The notes under the pieces: model-generated
The model's input: only the letters and a program-made list of their open reading frames with translations
What the model was told of the DNA's origin: nothing
The model's database searches: none
Source: Vulcanimicrobiaceae bacterium
Lineage (GTDB): Bacteria > Verrucomicrobiota > Verrucomicrobiia > Limisphaerales > Palsa-1400
NCBI GenBank assembly: GCA_035511075.1
Contig: DATKFW010000136.1
Coordinates: forward strand, 48,539 to 112,538
DNA: 64,000 nucleotides
Direction: 5' to 3'
Part shown: positions 1 through 10,832 of the stretch, one piece after another
How the letters are laid out: each line of letters opens with the position of its first letter
Numbering within the stretch: position 1 is the first letter of the stretch
Program-made: the position numbers and the translations under genes

Positions 1-2393
1 GTATTTCGACCATCCAAAGCTACCGCGGCGCGCAGATTTTCGAGGCCATTGGCCTGCATCCTTCGGTGGTCGAGAAATATTTTACCGGGACGGCGTCGCG
101 TGTGGGCGGCGTCGGCATGGACATGCTTGCGCGGGAAGTCCAGATTCGCCACCAGGCGGCCTTTCCGATTCGGCCGGTCAACGGCCATGTGTTGGAAGTG
201 GGAGGTTCGTATCAATGGCGGGCGGACGGCGAGCACCATCTTTTCAACCCGCAGACGGTCCATAAACTTCAGCAGGCCTGCCGGAACGCCGATTATAAGG
301 CGTTCAAGGACTACTCGAGCGCGGTCAACGATCAATCCAGGAAAGCCTGCACGTTGCGCGGCCTGCTCGAACTGAAAGCCAGCGCGGCGCCCATTCCCAT
401 CGAGGAGGTCGAACCGCTGGAAGCGATTCTCAAGCGGTTCAAGTCCGGCGCGATGTCCTACGGCTCCATCAGCCAGGAGGCGCACGAGACTTTGGCCATC
501 GCGATGAACCGCATCGGCGGCAAGAGCAACACCGGCGAAGGCGGCGAAGACCCGGCCCGATACACGCTCGAACCCAATGGCGATTCCAAAAACAGCGCCA
601 TTAAACAGGTCGCTTCCGCGCGATTCGGCGTGACCAGCTTTTACCTCGTCAATGCAAAGGAACTTCAAATAAAAATGGCCCAGGGCGCAAAACCCGGCGA
701 AGGCGGCCAGTTGCCCGGCGGCAAGGTCTATCCGTGGATCGCCAAGGTCCGCCATGCCACTTCGGGTGTGGGGCTGATTTCGCCGCCGCCGCATCACGAT
801 ATTTATTCCATCGAAGACCTTGCGGAGTTAATTCACGATCTCAAGAACGCCAACCATCACGCGCGAATCAGTGTCAAGCTGGTGGCCGAAGTGGGTGTCG
901 GGACCATCGCGGCCGGCGTGGCAAAGGCGCACGCCGACGTGGTCCTGATCAGCGGGCATGACGGCGGGACGGGGGCCTCCCCGCAAACAAGCATCAAACA
1001 CGCGGGCGTTCCGTGGGAATTGGGATTGGCCGAAACGCACCAAACACTGGTCCTGAACAATCTGCGCAGTCGCATCGCCGTGGAAACCGACGGCCAATTG
1101 AAAACAGGCCGGGACGTCGTCATCGCCACTTTGTTGGGCGCCGAGGAATTTGGATTTGCCACGGCGCCATTGGTGGCGCTGGGGTGCATTATGATGCGCG
1201 TGTGCCATCTCAACACGTGTCCGGTCGGCGTGGCCACGCAAAACCCCGAACTGCGGAAAAATTTCAAGGGCGACCCCGCGCACGCGGTCAACTTCATGCG
1301 CTTTATCGGGCAGGAAGTTCGCGAACTCATGGCCCAACTTGGTTTCAAGACCATCAACAGCATGATCGGGCGCACGGACCTCTTGGAACCAAGGGAGGCC
1401 ATTGACCATTGGAAGGCGCGCGGTCTGGATTTCACCAATATTCTCTATCAACCCAGAGTGCCCGACGATGTTGGCCGCTATTGCCAGATTGCGCAGGACC
1501 ACGGCCTGGAGAAGGCGCTTGATAACACGCGCCTGCTGCAACTTTGCGAGCCGGCATTAATGCGGAAGGAGAAAGTCACCGCCGCGCTCGAAATCAAGAA
1601 CGTCAACCGCGTCGTGGGAACCATTCTCGGCAGCGAAATCACCCGGCGCCACGGCGTTGAGGGCCTGCCGGAGGACACGATTGAAATTCATTTTCGAGGC
1701 TCGGCGGGACAGAGTTTTGGCGCGTTCATGCCTCCGGGACTTACCTGGACATTGGAAGGCGACGCCAACGATTACCTGGGCAAAGGCCTCTCTGGTGGAA
1801 AAATCATCCTCTATCCGCCCGAAGGCTCGACCTTTGTGGCGGAGGAAAACATCATCACAGGCAACGTCGCTCTTTATGGCGCGACTGCCGGGCAAGCCTA
1901 CATTCGCGGCATGGCGGGCGAACGGTTCTGCGTCCGCAACAGCGGCGTCACCGCGGTGGTGGAATCGGTTGGCGATCATGGTTGCGAATACATGACCGGG
2001 GGCCGGGTGGTGATCCTGGGCCAGACGGGCCGCAATTTCGCCGCCGGAATGTCTGGCGGCGTGGCCTATGTCCTGGATGAAACGGGGGATTTTCCCGTTC
2101 GTTGCAACCAGCAAATGGTGCAGCTTGAGAAGTTGGAGGAGGCGGAGGAAGCGGAGGAAATCCGGCAGATGATTCATCGCCACGCCCAATACACGCGCAG
2201 CCAGCGGGCATTCAAGATTCTCGCGTTGTGGGAGCAGATGCTGCCCAAATTCGTCAAGGTCATGCCCAAGGATTACAAGCGCGCGCTGCAGTCCCTTCGC
2301 CGGGCCAAGGAGGCGGGACTGGACGGCGACCAGGCCATCATGGCCGCCTTTGAGACCAACGCCAAAGATGTCGCGCGAGTCGGCGGCAGTTGA
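1..2393 (+). CDS. gltB: Glutamate synthase large subunit, C-terminal part (5' end outside window)
   Basis: The frame is open from nt 3 ([18 protein letters not shown]...), upstream of the tracked Met at 66. FMN-domain motifs are [19 protein letters not shown] and [16 protein letters not shown]-terminal GXGXG-type repeats are [19 protein letters not shown] and GMSGGVAYV. gltD follows 50 nt downstream. Confidence 0.95.
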   Translation, partial: ISTIQSYRGAQIFEAIGLHPSVVEKYFTGTASRVGGVGMDMLAREVQIRHQAAFPIRPVNGHVLEVGGSYQWRADGEHHLFNPQTVHKLQQACRNADYKAFKDYSSAVNDQSRKACTLRGLLELKASAAPIPIEEVEPLEAILKRFKSGAMSYGSISQEAHETLAIAMNRIGGKSNTGEGGEDPARYTLEPNGDSKNSAIKQVASARFGVTSFYLVNAKELQIKMAQGAKPGEGGQLPGGKVYPWIAKVRHATSGVGLISPPPHHDIYSIEDLAELIHDLKNANHHARISVKLVAEVGVGTIAAGVAKAHADVVLISGHDGGTGASPQTSIKHAGVPWELGLAETHQTLVLNNLRSRIAVETDGQLKTGRDVVIATLLGAEEFGFATAPLVALGCIMMRVCHLNTCPVGVATQNPELRKNFKGDPAHAVNFMRFIGQEVRELMAQLGFKTINSMIGRTDLLEPREAIDHWKARGLDFTNILYQPRVPDDVGRYCQIAQDHGLEKALDNTRLLQLCEPALMRKEKVTAALEIKNVNRVVGTILGSEITRRHGVEGLPEDTIEIHFRGSAGQSFGAFMPPGLTWTLEGDANDYLGKGLSGGKIILYPPEGSTFVAEENIITGNVALYGATAGQAYIRGMAGERFCVRNSGVTAVVESVGDHGCEYMTGGRVVILGQTGRNFAAGMSGGVAYVLDETGDFPVRCNQQMVQLEKLEEAEEAEEIRQMIHRHAQYTRSQRAFKILALWEQMLPKFVKVMPKDYKRALQSLRRAKEAGLDGDQAIMAAFETNAKDVARVGGS

Positions 2394-2443
2394 CAACGAT
2401 GCGGCATCCAACCCCCTGAAACTGAAACCAAACCGGAACGTCA

Positions 2444-3925
2444 ATGGGCAAACCCGAAGGATTCAACGAATATTTGCGCCAGTTGCCGCTGGACCGCCCC
2501 GCGATGGAGAGGATCAGCGATTGGAACGAATTTCATCTTCATCTGGATGAGAAAAGCCTTCGCGAGCAAGGCGCACGCTGCATGGATTGCGGCGTTCCAT
2601 TTTGTCATACGGGCAACCTGCTCAGTGGGATGGCTTCCGGGTGCCCGATTCATAATTTGATTCCCGAATGGAATGACCTGGTCTATCGCGGCCTTTGGCG
2701 CGAAGCCCTGGATCGCCTCCATAAAACCAACAATTTCCCCGATTTCACCGGGCGCGTCTGCCCCGCTCCGTGCGAAGGGTCCTGCGTTCTTGGCATCATT
2801 TCTCCACCGGTGACCATCAAGAACATCGAGTGCGCCATTGTCGATCGCGGCTGGGAGGAAGGATGGATCACGGCCGAAGCGCCGCGATTTCGCACTGACA
2901 AAAAGGTCGCAGTCGTCGGGTCCGGCCCGGCGGGCCTGTGCGCCGCGGCCCAGCTCAACCGCGCCGGACATTCGGTGACTGTGTTTGAACGCTCCGACCG
3001 GATCGGCGGTTTGCTCATGTATGGCATCCCCAATATGAAGTTGGACAAGGGCCTGGTGCAACGGCGGGTCGATCAGATGGCGCAGGAAGGCGTCACTTTT
3101 CGGACCAACGCGGAAGTTGGCAAGGATTATCCGGCGGGGGATCTTCTGCGCGAGTTCGATGCCGTGGTTCTTTGCACCGGGGCGACCAAACCGCGCGATC
3201 TGCCGGTGGAGGGCCGTCATCTAAAGGGCATTCATTACGCGATGGAATTCCTCCACGCCAACACCAAGAGCCTCCTGGACGGCCACAAGAACGGTTCCTA
3301 CATCTCCGCTGCCGGCAAGGACGTCGCCGTCATTGGCGGGGGCGACACGGGGACAGACTGCGTCGGCACCGCGATGCGGCACAATTGCAGGAGCCTGGTG
3401 CAATTGGAAATCCTGCCGCAGCCGCCGGAGGCGCGGGCGCGGGACAATCCGTGGCCGGAATGGCCGAAGATTTATAGGCTTGACTACGGCCAGGAGGAGG
3501 CGGCGGCGAAATTTGGCGCCGATCCGCGCACCTACCTGACGACGGCGAAAAGATTCGTCGGCGACGAAACGGGGAGCGTCAAGGAGTTTCACACCGTCCA
3601 GATCGAATGGAAGCGAAATGAAAAAGGGCAGTTCGTGGCGGCCGAAGTGTCAGGCACTGAGCAGGTGCGCCCGGTCCAACTGGTGCTGCTGGCGATGGGA
3701 TTTTTGGGGCCGGAACAGGGGTTGCTGGAGCAACTGGCGGTTGAACGCGACGCCCGCGGGAACGTCAAGGCGGAGTTTGAAAATTACACGACCAATATCC
3801 GAGGGGTCTTTGCCGCCGGGGATGCACGGCGCGGCCAGAGTCTTGTGGTGTGGGCCTTCAACGAGGGCCGCGGGGCCGCGCGCGAGTGCGACCGCTACTT
3901 GATGGGTTCGACGAATCTGCCGTAG
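2444..3925 (+). CDS. gltD: Glutamate synthase small subunit (NADPH-dependent)
   Basis: 493 aa. Fe-S cysteine motifs [10 protein letters not shown] and CPAPCEGSC, dinucleotide-binding motifs [11 protein letters not shown] and [13 protein letters not shown], and a position directly after gltB. Confidence 0.95.
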   Translation: MGKPEGFNEYLRQLPLDRPAMERISDWNEFHLHLDEKSLREQGARCMDCGVPFCHTGNLLSGMASGCPIHNLIPEWNDLVYRGLWREALDRLHKTNNFPDFTGRVCPAPCEGSCVLGIISPPVTIKNIECAIVDRGWEEGWITAEAPRFRTDKKVAVVGSGPAGLCAAAQLNRAGHSVTVFERSDRIGGLLMYGIPNMKLDKGLVQRRVDQMAQEGVTFRTNAEVGKDYPAGDLLREFDAVVLCTGATKPRDLPVEGRHLKGIHYAMEFLHANTKSLLDGHKNGSYISAAGKDVAVIGGGDTGTDCVGTAMRHNCRSLVQLEILPQPPEARARDNPWPEWPKIYRLDYGQEEAAAKFGADPRTYLTTAKRFVGDETGSVKEFHTVQIEWKRNEKGQFVAAEVSGTEQVRPVQLVLLAMGFLGPEQGLLEQLAVERDARGNVKAEFENYTTNIRGVFAAGDARRGQSLVVWAFNEGRGAARECDRYLMGSTNLP

Positions 3926-3968
3926 ATCCTGTGTGAGGCTATTCCATCCGTGTAATCCGTAACCCTTG

Positions 3969-4046
3969 GTAAAATATCTTCTCGAAAACGAGTCAATCTT
4001 ACAGACACTGCCATCGCCCCCTGAGAATGAGAGCCCCTGTTCGCGT
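3969..4046. repeat. 78-bp intergenic repeat, copy 1 (direct repeat of 4769..4846)
   Basis: Aligns without gaps to 4769..4846 at an offset of exactly 800 nt, with about 9 mismatches in 78 nt. Contains the hairpin CTCGaaaaCGAG. It is preceded by CCGTGTAATCCGT (3949..3961), which is related to the CACGGAT motifs right of copy 2. Confidence 0.8.
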
Positions 4047-4099
4047 CAACTCGCGCCGTTTAGGAATTGTTCGCGGACGCATCGGCGCCGGCCGATCCC

Positions 4100-4297
4100 T
4101 TATGCCCCAACTTTTTCAGCGCTAGTCAGGGCTGCGTTGAAGACATGCAGAAGGCGCTGCTTTTGCCGAACCACCGGATCGGTTGAATTAAGTTTCTTTT
4201 CCAAACAAAGGCCGGATTGCCGATCAGTCAGGCGAAGAATTCGCTCGCCGTTCAACAATTTCACCAGGTCGAACTGAATTTGATCGTGGCCAGCCAT
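4100..4297 (-). CDS. Hypothetical small protein (65 aa), downstream gene of a two-gene cassette
   Basis: ORF starts 4 nt after the stop of the 122-aa ORF on the same strand. I recognise no motif. Coding status is inferred only from the tight pairing and the absence of a competing ORF. Confidence 0.35.
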   Translation of the reverse strand: MAGHDQIQFDLVKLLNGERILRLTDRQSGLCLEKKLNSTDPVVRQKQRLLHVFNAALTSAEKVGA

Positions 4298-4301
4298 CTC
4301 C

Positions 4302-4670
4302 CTATTCTTCGCTAAATCCGTGGAATTGCAACATTCGATTTAAGTTCTCCACCGACGCTGCACCCCACGTATTCTGTGCCCGCCAGGCTGCAGCCTCGAA
4401 GCCCGCCTCGTTCAAGTCGCAAACGGACTCCGGGGGATGAGAACTTGCGACAGTAGCACCCTCCAGAATCTCGTGATATAAAGTCACGGACAGTTCCTCA
4501 TCCGACAGCCCTGCGCGAATGCTCAAACGAAACTCGCGCCCAACAATGCGTGTCTGCGCAACGGCTTCACGGCCGAGGGGATCTGCCAGCGATTGATGCG
4601 TCAAATCAATTTCCGCGATGACAAACCCACTATCCAGCCGCTGATGCAAAAATGCCTCGACGTTAATCAC
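4302..4670 (-). CDS. Hypothetical protein (122 aa), upstream gene of a two-gene cassette
   Basis: Clean ORF with ordinary amino-acid composition. It contains LYHEILEG, a degenerate HExxH-like string. No family is recognised. Confidence 0.45.
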   Translation of the reverse strand: MINVEAFLHQRLDSGFVIAEIDLTHQSLADPLGREAVAQTRIVGREFRLSIRAGLSDEELSVTLYHEILEGATVASSHPPESVCDLNEAGFEAAAWRAQNTWGAASVENLNRMLQFHGFSEE

Positions 4671-4768
4671 ACTTCTCGAACCACTTTGGATTCAAGGAGA
4701 ATCCAAGTCAAAAAGCAATTCCAACGCGCCGGGTTTTTGTCTCCGGCCTGGGCTGTCAGATATCCGTG

Positions 4769-4846
4769 TTAAAATATTCTCTCGAAAACGAGTCAATCTC
4801 ACAGACACTGATAGCGCCCCCTGAGAATAAGGACCCCTGTTCGCGC
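4769..4846. repeat. 78-bp intergenic repeat, copy 2, followed by CACGGAT-type motifs
   Basis: See copy 1. It is flanked by ATCCGTGTT (4762..4770) on the left and CACGGATAACACGGATTT (4909..4926) plus GGTAATCCGTGG (4951..4962) on the right. These are inverted copies of the same short motif. Confidence 0.8.
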
Positions 4847-4990
4847 GATCCCACGTCAGAAACGCAATCAACCGTCTCCGAGCGAAAAGACGAATTGACC
4901 ATGGATCGCACGGATAACACGGATTTAAAAACAGATCCTCCGCTCCATACCGGTAATCCGTGGTTCACTCCCTGTGTATGAACATGAGCT

Positions 4991-7603
4991 TTATTTTTGG
5001 CGGTGGAATATTATTTCGCCGCCTTCAACGGTCGCCGCGATCCGGTCGCCCGGTTTGAAGTCCCCCTTCAAAAGTTTCATCGCCAGCGGGTCGAGCACGT
5101 GGCTCTGAATGGCCCGCTTGAGCGGACGCGCGCCAAAAAGCGGGTCATACCCTTCCTCGGCCAAAAACCGCGTCGCCGCCGCGTCCACCTCCAGCGTCAA
5201 CTGCTGCGCCTTGAGGCGTTCGCGCAGGCGCTGCAACTGGATTTCGACGATGGTCGCGAGCTGTTTCTCGTCGAGGCTGTGGAAAATGATGATGTCGTCG
5301 ATCCGGTTGAGAAATTCGGGACGGAAATGCTGCTTGAGCTCCGCGCGCACAAGCTCCTCGATGCGCGCCTCGTCCTTGTCCGATTTGCCGCCGCCGTGTG
5401 TCGAGAAGAATTCCTGGATGATCGGCGAGCCGATGTTGCTGGTCATGATGATCAGCGTGTTTGTGAAGTCGATCGTCCGCCCCTGTCCGTCGGTGAGGCG
5501 CCCGTCATCCAGGACTTGCAGCAGCACGTTGAAGACATCGTGGTGGGCCTTTTCGATTTCATCGAAGAGCACAACGCTGTAAGGCCGTCTGCGGACAGCT
5601 TCGCTCAACTGGCCCCCCTCCTCGAAGCCGACATATCCCGGCGGAGCGCCCACAAGGCGGGCCACGCTGTGCCGTTCCATGTATTCGCTCATGTCGATGC
5701 GGATCATGGCGTTTTCATCGTCAAATAAAAATTCCGCCAGGGCCCGGGCCAGCTCCGTCTTGCCGACTCCTGTCGGCCCCAGGAAAATGAAGGAGCCGAC
5801 GGGGCGGTTGGGGTCCTGCAACCCGCCGCGGGCGCGGCGCACAGCGTTGGCGACGGCGGCGATGGCTTCGTCCTGGCCGACCACGCGCAGGCGAAGGCGA
5901 TCCTCCATTTTGACCAGTTTCTCGCGCTCGCCCTCCAACATGCGGCTGACGGGAATTCCGGTCCAGGAGGCCACAATGCGGGCGATGTCCTCCTCGGTGA
6001 CTTCCTCGTTGAGAAGGCGTTTGCCCTGGCGCTGGGCGAATTGTTTCTCGGCGGCGGCGAGCTTTCTCTGCAAATCTGGAATGCGACCATACTGGATCTG
6101 GGCGGCGGCGCTGAGATCGCCGGAACGTTGAGCGGCTTCCTGTTGTTGACGGGCTTCCTCAAGCTGGCCGTTGAGAATGGAGATGGCGTTGATGGCGGCC
6201 TTTTCGTTTTGCCACTGCGCCTTGAGCTGGGAGGCTTGTTCGCGCAGGTTGGCGAGGTCGCGCTCGATGCCTTTGAGGCGCTGGCGGGACGCCTCGTCCT
6301 TTTCCTTGCGCAAGGCGGTCTGCTCGATTTCCAACTGCATGAGCTGGCGCTCCAACTGGTCGATTTCCGCCGGCATCGAGTCCAGTTCCATCCGCAGACG
6401 CGACGCGGCTTCGTCCATCAAATCGACCGCTTTGTCCGGCAGGAAACGCTCGGTGATATAGCGATGAGAGAGAGTCGCGGCGGCGACCAGGGCCGCGTCC
6501 TGGATGCGGATGCCGTGATGGACTTCGTAACGCTCCTTGAGGCCGCGCAAAATGGCGATGGTCTCCTGGACAGAAGGTTCATCGACGCGGACGGGCTGGA
6601 AGCGGCGTTCCAGCGCGGGGTCCTTCTCGATGTATTTGCGATATTCATCCAGGGTGGTGGCGCCGATGCAGCGCAATTCGCCGCGGGCCAGCGGGGGCTT
6701 GAGCATGTTGGAGGCGTCGTTGGCGCCCTCGGCCGCGCCGGCGCCGACAATTGTGTGCAATTCATCGATGAACAACAGCACGCGGCCTTCGCTGGCCGTG
6801 ACTTCCTTCAGGAACGCCTTGAGTCGCTCCTCGAATTCACCGCGGTACTTGGCCCCGGCGATCATGGCCCCAAGGTCCAGGGCCACCACGCGTTTGTCTT
6901 TGAGCGATTCGGGCACATCGCCGCTGACAATCCGCCGGGCCAGTCCTTCGACAATGGCGGTTTTGCCGGTGCCCGGCTCGCCGATGAGGACGGGATTGTT
7001 CTTGGTGCGCCGGGTGAGGACCTGCATCACGCGTCGAATTTCATCGTTGCGGCCAATGACCGGGTCGATCTTGCCGGAACGGGCCAGCGCCGTGAGGTCG
7101 CGGCCATACTTGTCGAGGGCCTGGAATTTGTCCTCCGGATTGGGATCGGTGACGCGCTGATTGCCGCGCAATTCCACCATGGCTTTGAGGACGGAGTCGC
7201 GTTTGAGGCCGTGGCTTTGAAAGATCTTCTTTAGAGCCGGACCGCCGTGCTCCAGGACGCCGAGCAGCAAATGCTCCGCGCTGATATATTCGTCGCGCAG
7301 TTTGCCGGCTTCGGACTCGGCGGCGTCGAGGGATTTTTTGAGGGCCGGACCCGTATATAATTCGGAGGAGGAAGCGCCCTGGACTTTGACCTTGCGGTCG
7401 ATTTCCTGCTGAACGGCGTCGGCCAGGGCCGCCGGCTGCGCGCCCAACTTCTGAACCAGCGAGGGGACGAGGCTGTCGGATTGTTCGAGGAGCGCGGCCA
7501 CCAGGTGCTCGGCGTCAACTTCCTGGTTGGAATTGCGCCGGGCGATTTCCTGGGCCTCTTTGAGGGCCTCCTGGGCTTTGATCGTCAGTTTTTCGAGTTG
7601 CAT
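4991..7603 (-). CDS. clpB: ATP-dependent chaperone / disaggregase ClpB
   Basis: 870 aa with two AAA+ modules ([15 protein letters not shown] and [15 protein letters not shown]), a long middle coiled coil, and a full-length Clp N-domain. Confidence 0.97.
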   Translation of the reverse strand: MQLEKLTIKAQEALKEAQEIARRNSNQEVDAEHLVAALLEQSDSLVPSLVQKLGAQPAALADAVQQEIDRKVKVQGASSSELYTGPALKKSLDAAESEAGKLRDEYISAEHLLLGVLEHGGPALKKIFQSHGLKRDSVLKAMVELRGNQRVTDPNPEDKFQALDKYGRDLTALARSGKIDPVIGRNDEIRRVMQVLTRRTKNNPVLIGEPGTGKTAIVEGLARRIVSGDVPESLKDKRVVALDLGAMIAGAKYRGEFEERLKAFLKEVTASEGRVLLFIDELHTIVGAGAAEGANDASNMLKPPLARGELRCIGATTLDEYRKYIEKDPALERRFQPVRVDEPSVQETIAILRGLKERYEVHHGIRIQDAALVAAATLSHRYITERFLPDKAVDLMDEAASRLRMELDSMPAEIDQLERQLMQLEIEQTALRKEKDEASRQRLKGIERDLANLREQASQLKAQWQNEKAAINAISILNGQLEEARQQQEAAQRSGDLSAAAQIQYGRIPDLQRKLAAAEKQFAQRQGKRLLNEEVTEEDIARIVASWTGIPVSRMLEGEREKLVKMEDRLRLRVVGQDEAIAAVANAVRRARGGLQDPNRPVGSFIFLGPTGVGKTELARALAEFLFDDENAMIRIDMSEYMERHSVARLVGAPPGYVGFEEGGQLSEAVRRRPYSVVLFDEIEKAHHDVFNVLLQVLDDGRLTDGQGRTIDFTNTLIIMTSNIGSPIIQEFFSTHGGGKSDKDEARIEELVRAELKQHFRPEFLNRIDDIIIFHSLDEKQLATIVEIQLQRLRERLKAQQLTLEVDAAATRFLAEEGYDPLFGARPLKRAIQSHVLDPLAMKLLKGDFKPGDRIAATVEGGEIIFHRQK

Positions 7604-7731
7604 ACCGGAAAACTTCTGCCTTCAAAGTGAAGCTGTCAACCCGGCTTCATGCTTTCGCCTTGACGGGAAGAATCCGGGCAAACCCGCCACGTTGCCGCCC
7701 CGCGCAGTCGCGATCCCCAACGCCTCTCCTC

Positions 7732-8370
7732 TCAATGTGTGAGGGAGCCGTCGGTGCTGGGGAGGCTGGCGGCGGCATTGGTGTCCAGGGCGCCCGGAGG
7801 AGCGGTGGAATTAAGCTCCTTAATCAGGGAGTCGGTCAAGTCGTTCTGGCCGTTGGTGTAAAGGACAACGGGAACCATGTTTTGGCTTTCCCCCGAGGGA
7901 TCGAGGACCAGGGTGTAACCGGCCGCTTTGGCGTCGGCATCGAGAATCTGGCGGATTTCCTTGACGATGTCGTCCCGGCGCTGGAGCTCCTTCTCGCGAA
8001 GGCGCGAGGAGGCGACGCGGTCAAACTCCGTGATGGACTGTTTGTCGTTTTCCAGTTCGACGTATTTTTGTTCGGCCTCTTTCTTGCTTTTATCGCGCTC
8101 CTCGGAGGAGACGGCTTGATCGTTGGCCTTGTCGATGAGCTTCTGCCATTCGTCCTTGTGCTTTTCGGCATTGTCCATCATTTGCTTTCGCTCCTTCTCC
8201 ATGTCCGCCGCCTCCAGTTTCAGGGTGGCGGTGGATTGGATGGTCTTATAATATTTGTCGAACACCTTGCGAAGATCGACGATGCCGATTTTCTGTTCCG
8301 CGCCGGAGGCGACACCGGCCCAGGCGATCCAGCCGGCGGCTATGACAACGAGAGGAATAAATTTTTTCAT
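7732..8370 (-). CDS. skp: OmpH/Skp-family periplasmic chaperone
   Basis: 212 aa with a signal peptide (MKKFIPLVVIAAGWIAWAGVASG), the IGIVDLRKVF start typical of Skp, and a Lys/Glu-rich coiled-coil body. It lies immediately downstream of bamA. Confidence 0.85.
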   Translation of the reverse strand: MKKFIPLVVIAAGWIAWAGVASGAEQKIGIVDLRKVFDKYYKTIQSTATLKLEAADMEKERKQMMDNAEKHKDEWQKLIDKANDQAVSSEERDKSKKEAEQKYVELENDKQSITEFDRVASSRLREKELQRRDDIVKEIRQILDADAKAAGYTLVLDPSGESQNMVPVVLYTNGQNDLTDSLIKELNSTAPPGALDTNAAASLPSTDGSLTH

Positions 8371-8375
8371 GGCAA

Positions 8376-10829
8376 TTAAAACGGGTGCGTGAAACCAAAT
8401 CCGAATTGGAACCGGCCGCTGCTACCCACTGTGGAATCATGCGTGATCGGGACGCCATAGTCCAGCCGAAGTGGTGTGCCTCCGCCGATCGGCAGGATGA
8501 TGCGCAGGCCCAGTCCGGCGTCATCGCTGTATAACTCGCGATTGGGTCCCGGATTAAAGCTGAACGGGTCGGGGAAGACATTGCCGATATCGTAAAATGC
8601 GGCCACGCGGAGCATTTTGATGATCGGGATGCTGTACTCGGCGCTGCCGAAGAAGACGGTGTCGCCGCCAAGGGGCTCGCCGTACGGGTCCATGGGGCCG
8701 ACGGTCTGATACTTGTAACCGCGCAAGTTGTAAAGGCCGCCCAGGAACCAACGCTCGAAAATCGGCACCTGGGTGGTGCCGTCCCACGTTGAAACCACGC
8801 CGAGGTGGCCGTCGAGTTCCAGGATGTGGCCGGGGGCAAAGCCGGGGAAAAACCAACTGGTGCGCAATTCCAACTTGTAGAATTCCGTGTCGCCAGGGGG
8901 CGCTGCCACGCTTGCCAGCACTTCTGTCATCTGGCCTTTGTCGGGAAGCTGGAAGTTATTGCGGGTGTCATAGGTCAGGCTGACACCGACCTGGGAAATA
9001 ATAAAAGTCCCGCGCGAGTCCAAAATGTTTGTCGAAATATTGCCGCCCTCAAGGGTGCCGGTGTGCCCAAGGCCATTGACGGTGGAGGTATAGTTGGTCG
9101 AGAAATTGGTGGTAAAGCCGGGGACGATGGCCACGTGGGCGTCCTCAATAGTATAATTGACTCCACCCTTGAGGCCGGGAAAGCCCAGCGCCTTGGTCAG
9201 GCTCAAGGTTGCGCCGTCAAAGGACTCGTCGTACATGTTGTTAAGGCTGTTGTAGTCCACTTCCCGGTGAAACAAATCCACGCCCAGGGCCAATTGTTTT
9301 CCCAGGAACCACGGCTCGACGAAGGACACTTCGTAATCCTGGAGCAGGGTTCCGATGGAAGCCTTCATCTCGAATTTTTGCCCGGCCCCGGTAAACGTCG
9401 GCGGGTTGAACAAATCGAAGTTGCCCTGTTTGAGCTCGACAAAACCGACGATGCTCTCGACGGAACTGAAGCCCGCGCCAACGCTGACGTTGCCGGTGTT
9501 TTTTTCCTCGACGCCGATGACCAGGTCTTTGCGGTTGGGGACGTCGGTTTCCTGCGCCTCCGTGTCGACTTTCTCGAAATACTGCATCTGCTCGAGCTTG
9601 GACTTGCTGATCTTGACGCGCACCATGTCGTAAACCTCGCCGGGATAGACGGCCAGCTCGCGGCGCAGGACCTTGTCCTTGGTCTTGACGTTGCCTTTGA
9701 TGATGATCTTTTCAATGTAGCACTTTTCTCCCTCTTCGATCCCGTAGGAAACGTCGATCTTCCCCGTCGACGGGTTGGCGATATGGTTGGCGGAAAAGAC
9801 GGTGCTGCCGCCCTGGTTTTGTTCAAGATAACCCTTGGCGCCGTACAAATCGCGGATGGTGTCAACGTCATCGTTAAAATCCGCCGGCGTGAAGGTCGCC
9901 CCCGGGGTCAATTTCAATTTCATCAACTTGCGATCCATCTTGACGCCGTTGATGAATTCATTGGTCGAGTAGACATGGTTGCCCCTGATATCGAGAGTGC
10001 CCACCTTGTAAAGCTTGCCTTCGGAAACGATGATCCGGATGATCATCCATTTGGGAGTAGGATGGTCGTACTGGATGTCCTTGATGGCAAAATCGATGTA
10101 TCCCTTGTTCTGAAAATATTCCACCAGCTTGTCCTGGTCATCATCGAAATCATCGTCCTTCAACACTCCCGAACCGGTCAGCCACGAAAACATCCAGTGC
10201 CGGCGCGTTTTCAGGACCTTGCGCAGTTGCTTTTGTGGGAGGGTGGCGTTGACAAAAACGATGTCCCTGATCCTGATCCGCGGCGTTTCGTGAATCATGA
10301 ATGTCACCGTCCCGCGGCCCGCGGCCTCGTCGATGACCGGCGGTTCGGCGGTCACGGTGGTCTTTTGATAACCGGACTTCTCGTAAAGTTCCCTCATGGC
10401 CTGCGCGTCGTCGAAGATCTTCCGTTCGTCCAGCGGCTGGCCGGTCTTGGAGGTGATCTTTTTCTTGAGCTTTTTCAGGCTCATCTTCTTATTGCCGACG
10501 ATCTTGATGTCCGTGAGAATCGGCTTGCCCTGGACGACGAAAGTCAAATCGATGCCGTCGGCCGTGGTCTCCTCGCCGGCCTGGATTTTGAAAAAATAGC
10601 CGGTGGTGTAGAGGCTCTTGATGTCCTCATCGACAACCGCGCGGGAAAAAGTCTCTCCCGCCTTGGAACGGATGTTGGCGCGGATGAAATCGTCGCTGAC
10701 GGCGGGGGGGCCGACGTGGCGGATCAGAATACTGTGGATACGAGGGCCGGTGAGTTGTGCCCGGGCAGCCGGCAACAAAGCGAGGAACACAGCCCCGATG
10801 AAAAGCGCCAGGCGCATGCGGGTTTTCAT
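8376..10829 (-). CDS. bamA: Outer membrane protein assembly factor BamA
   Basis: 817 aa with a signal peptide, repeated POTRA-like modules in the N-terminal half, and a C-terminal beta-barrel ending in the aromatic terminus ...FGFGFTHPF. Confidence 0.93.
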   Translation of the reverse strand: MKTRMRLALFIGAVFLALLPAARAQLTGPRIHSILIRHVGPPAVSDDFIRANIRSKAGETFSRAVVDEDIKSLYTTGYFFKIQAGEETTADGIDLTFVVQGKPILTDIKIVGNKKMSLKKLKKKITSKTGQPLDERKIFDDAQAMRELYEKSGYQKTTVTAEPPVIDEAAGRGTVTFMIHETPRIRIRDIVFVNATLPQKQLRKVLKTRRHWMFSWLTGSGVLKDDDFDDDQDKLVEYFQNKGYIDFAIKDIQYDHPTPKWMIIRIIVSEGKLYKVGTLDIRGNHVYSTNEFINGVKMDRKLMKLKLTPGATFTPADFNDDVDTIRDLYGAKGYLEQNQGGSTVFSANHIANPSTGKIDVSYGIEEGEKCYIEKIIIKGNVKTKDKVLRRELAVYPGEVYDMVRVKISKSKLEQMQYFEKVDTEAQETDVPNRKDLVIGVEEKNTGNVSVGAGFSSVESIVGFVELKQGNFDLFNPPTFTGAGQKFEMKASIGTLLQDYEVSFVEPWFLGKQLALGVDLFHREVDYNSLNNMYDESFDGATLSLTKALGFPGLKGGVNYTIEDAHVAIVPGFTTNFSTNYTSTVNGLGHTGTLEGGNISTNILDSRGTFIISQVGVSLTYDTRNNFQLPDKGQMTEVLASVAAPPGDTEFYKLELRTSWFFPGFAPGHILELDGHLGVVSTWDGTTQVPIFERWFLGGLYNLRGYKYQTVGPMDPYGEPLGGDTVFFGSAEYSIPIIKMLRVAAFYDIGNVFPDPFSFNPGPNRELYSDDAGLGLRIILPIGGGTPLRLDYGVPITHDSTVGSSGRFQFGFGFTHPF

Positions 10830-10832
10830 CTC

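Noticed and set aside
6041-7234. 397-aa plus-strand ORF, and several others between 4997 and 7742, opposite clpB
   Set aside because: They are antisense shadows of clpB with low-complexity translations and no recognisable domains.
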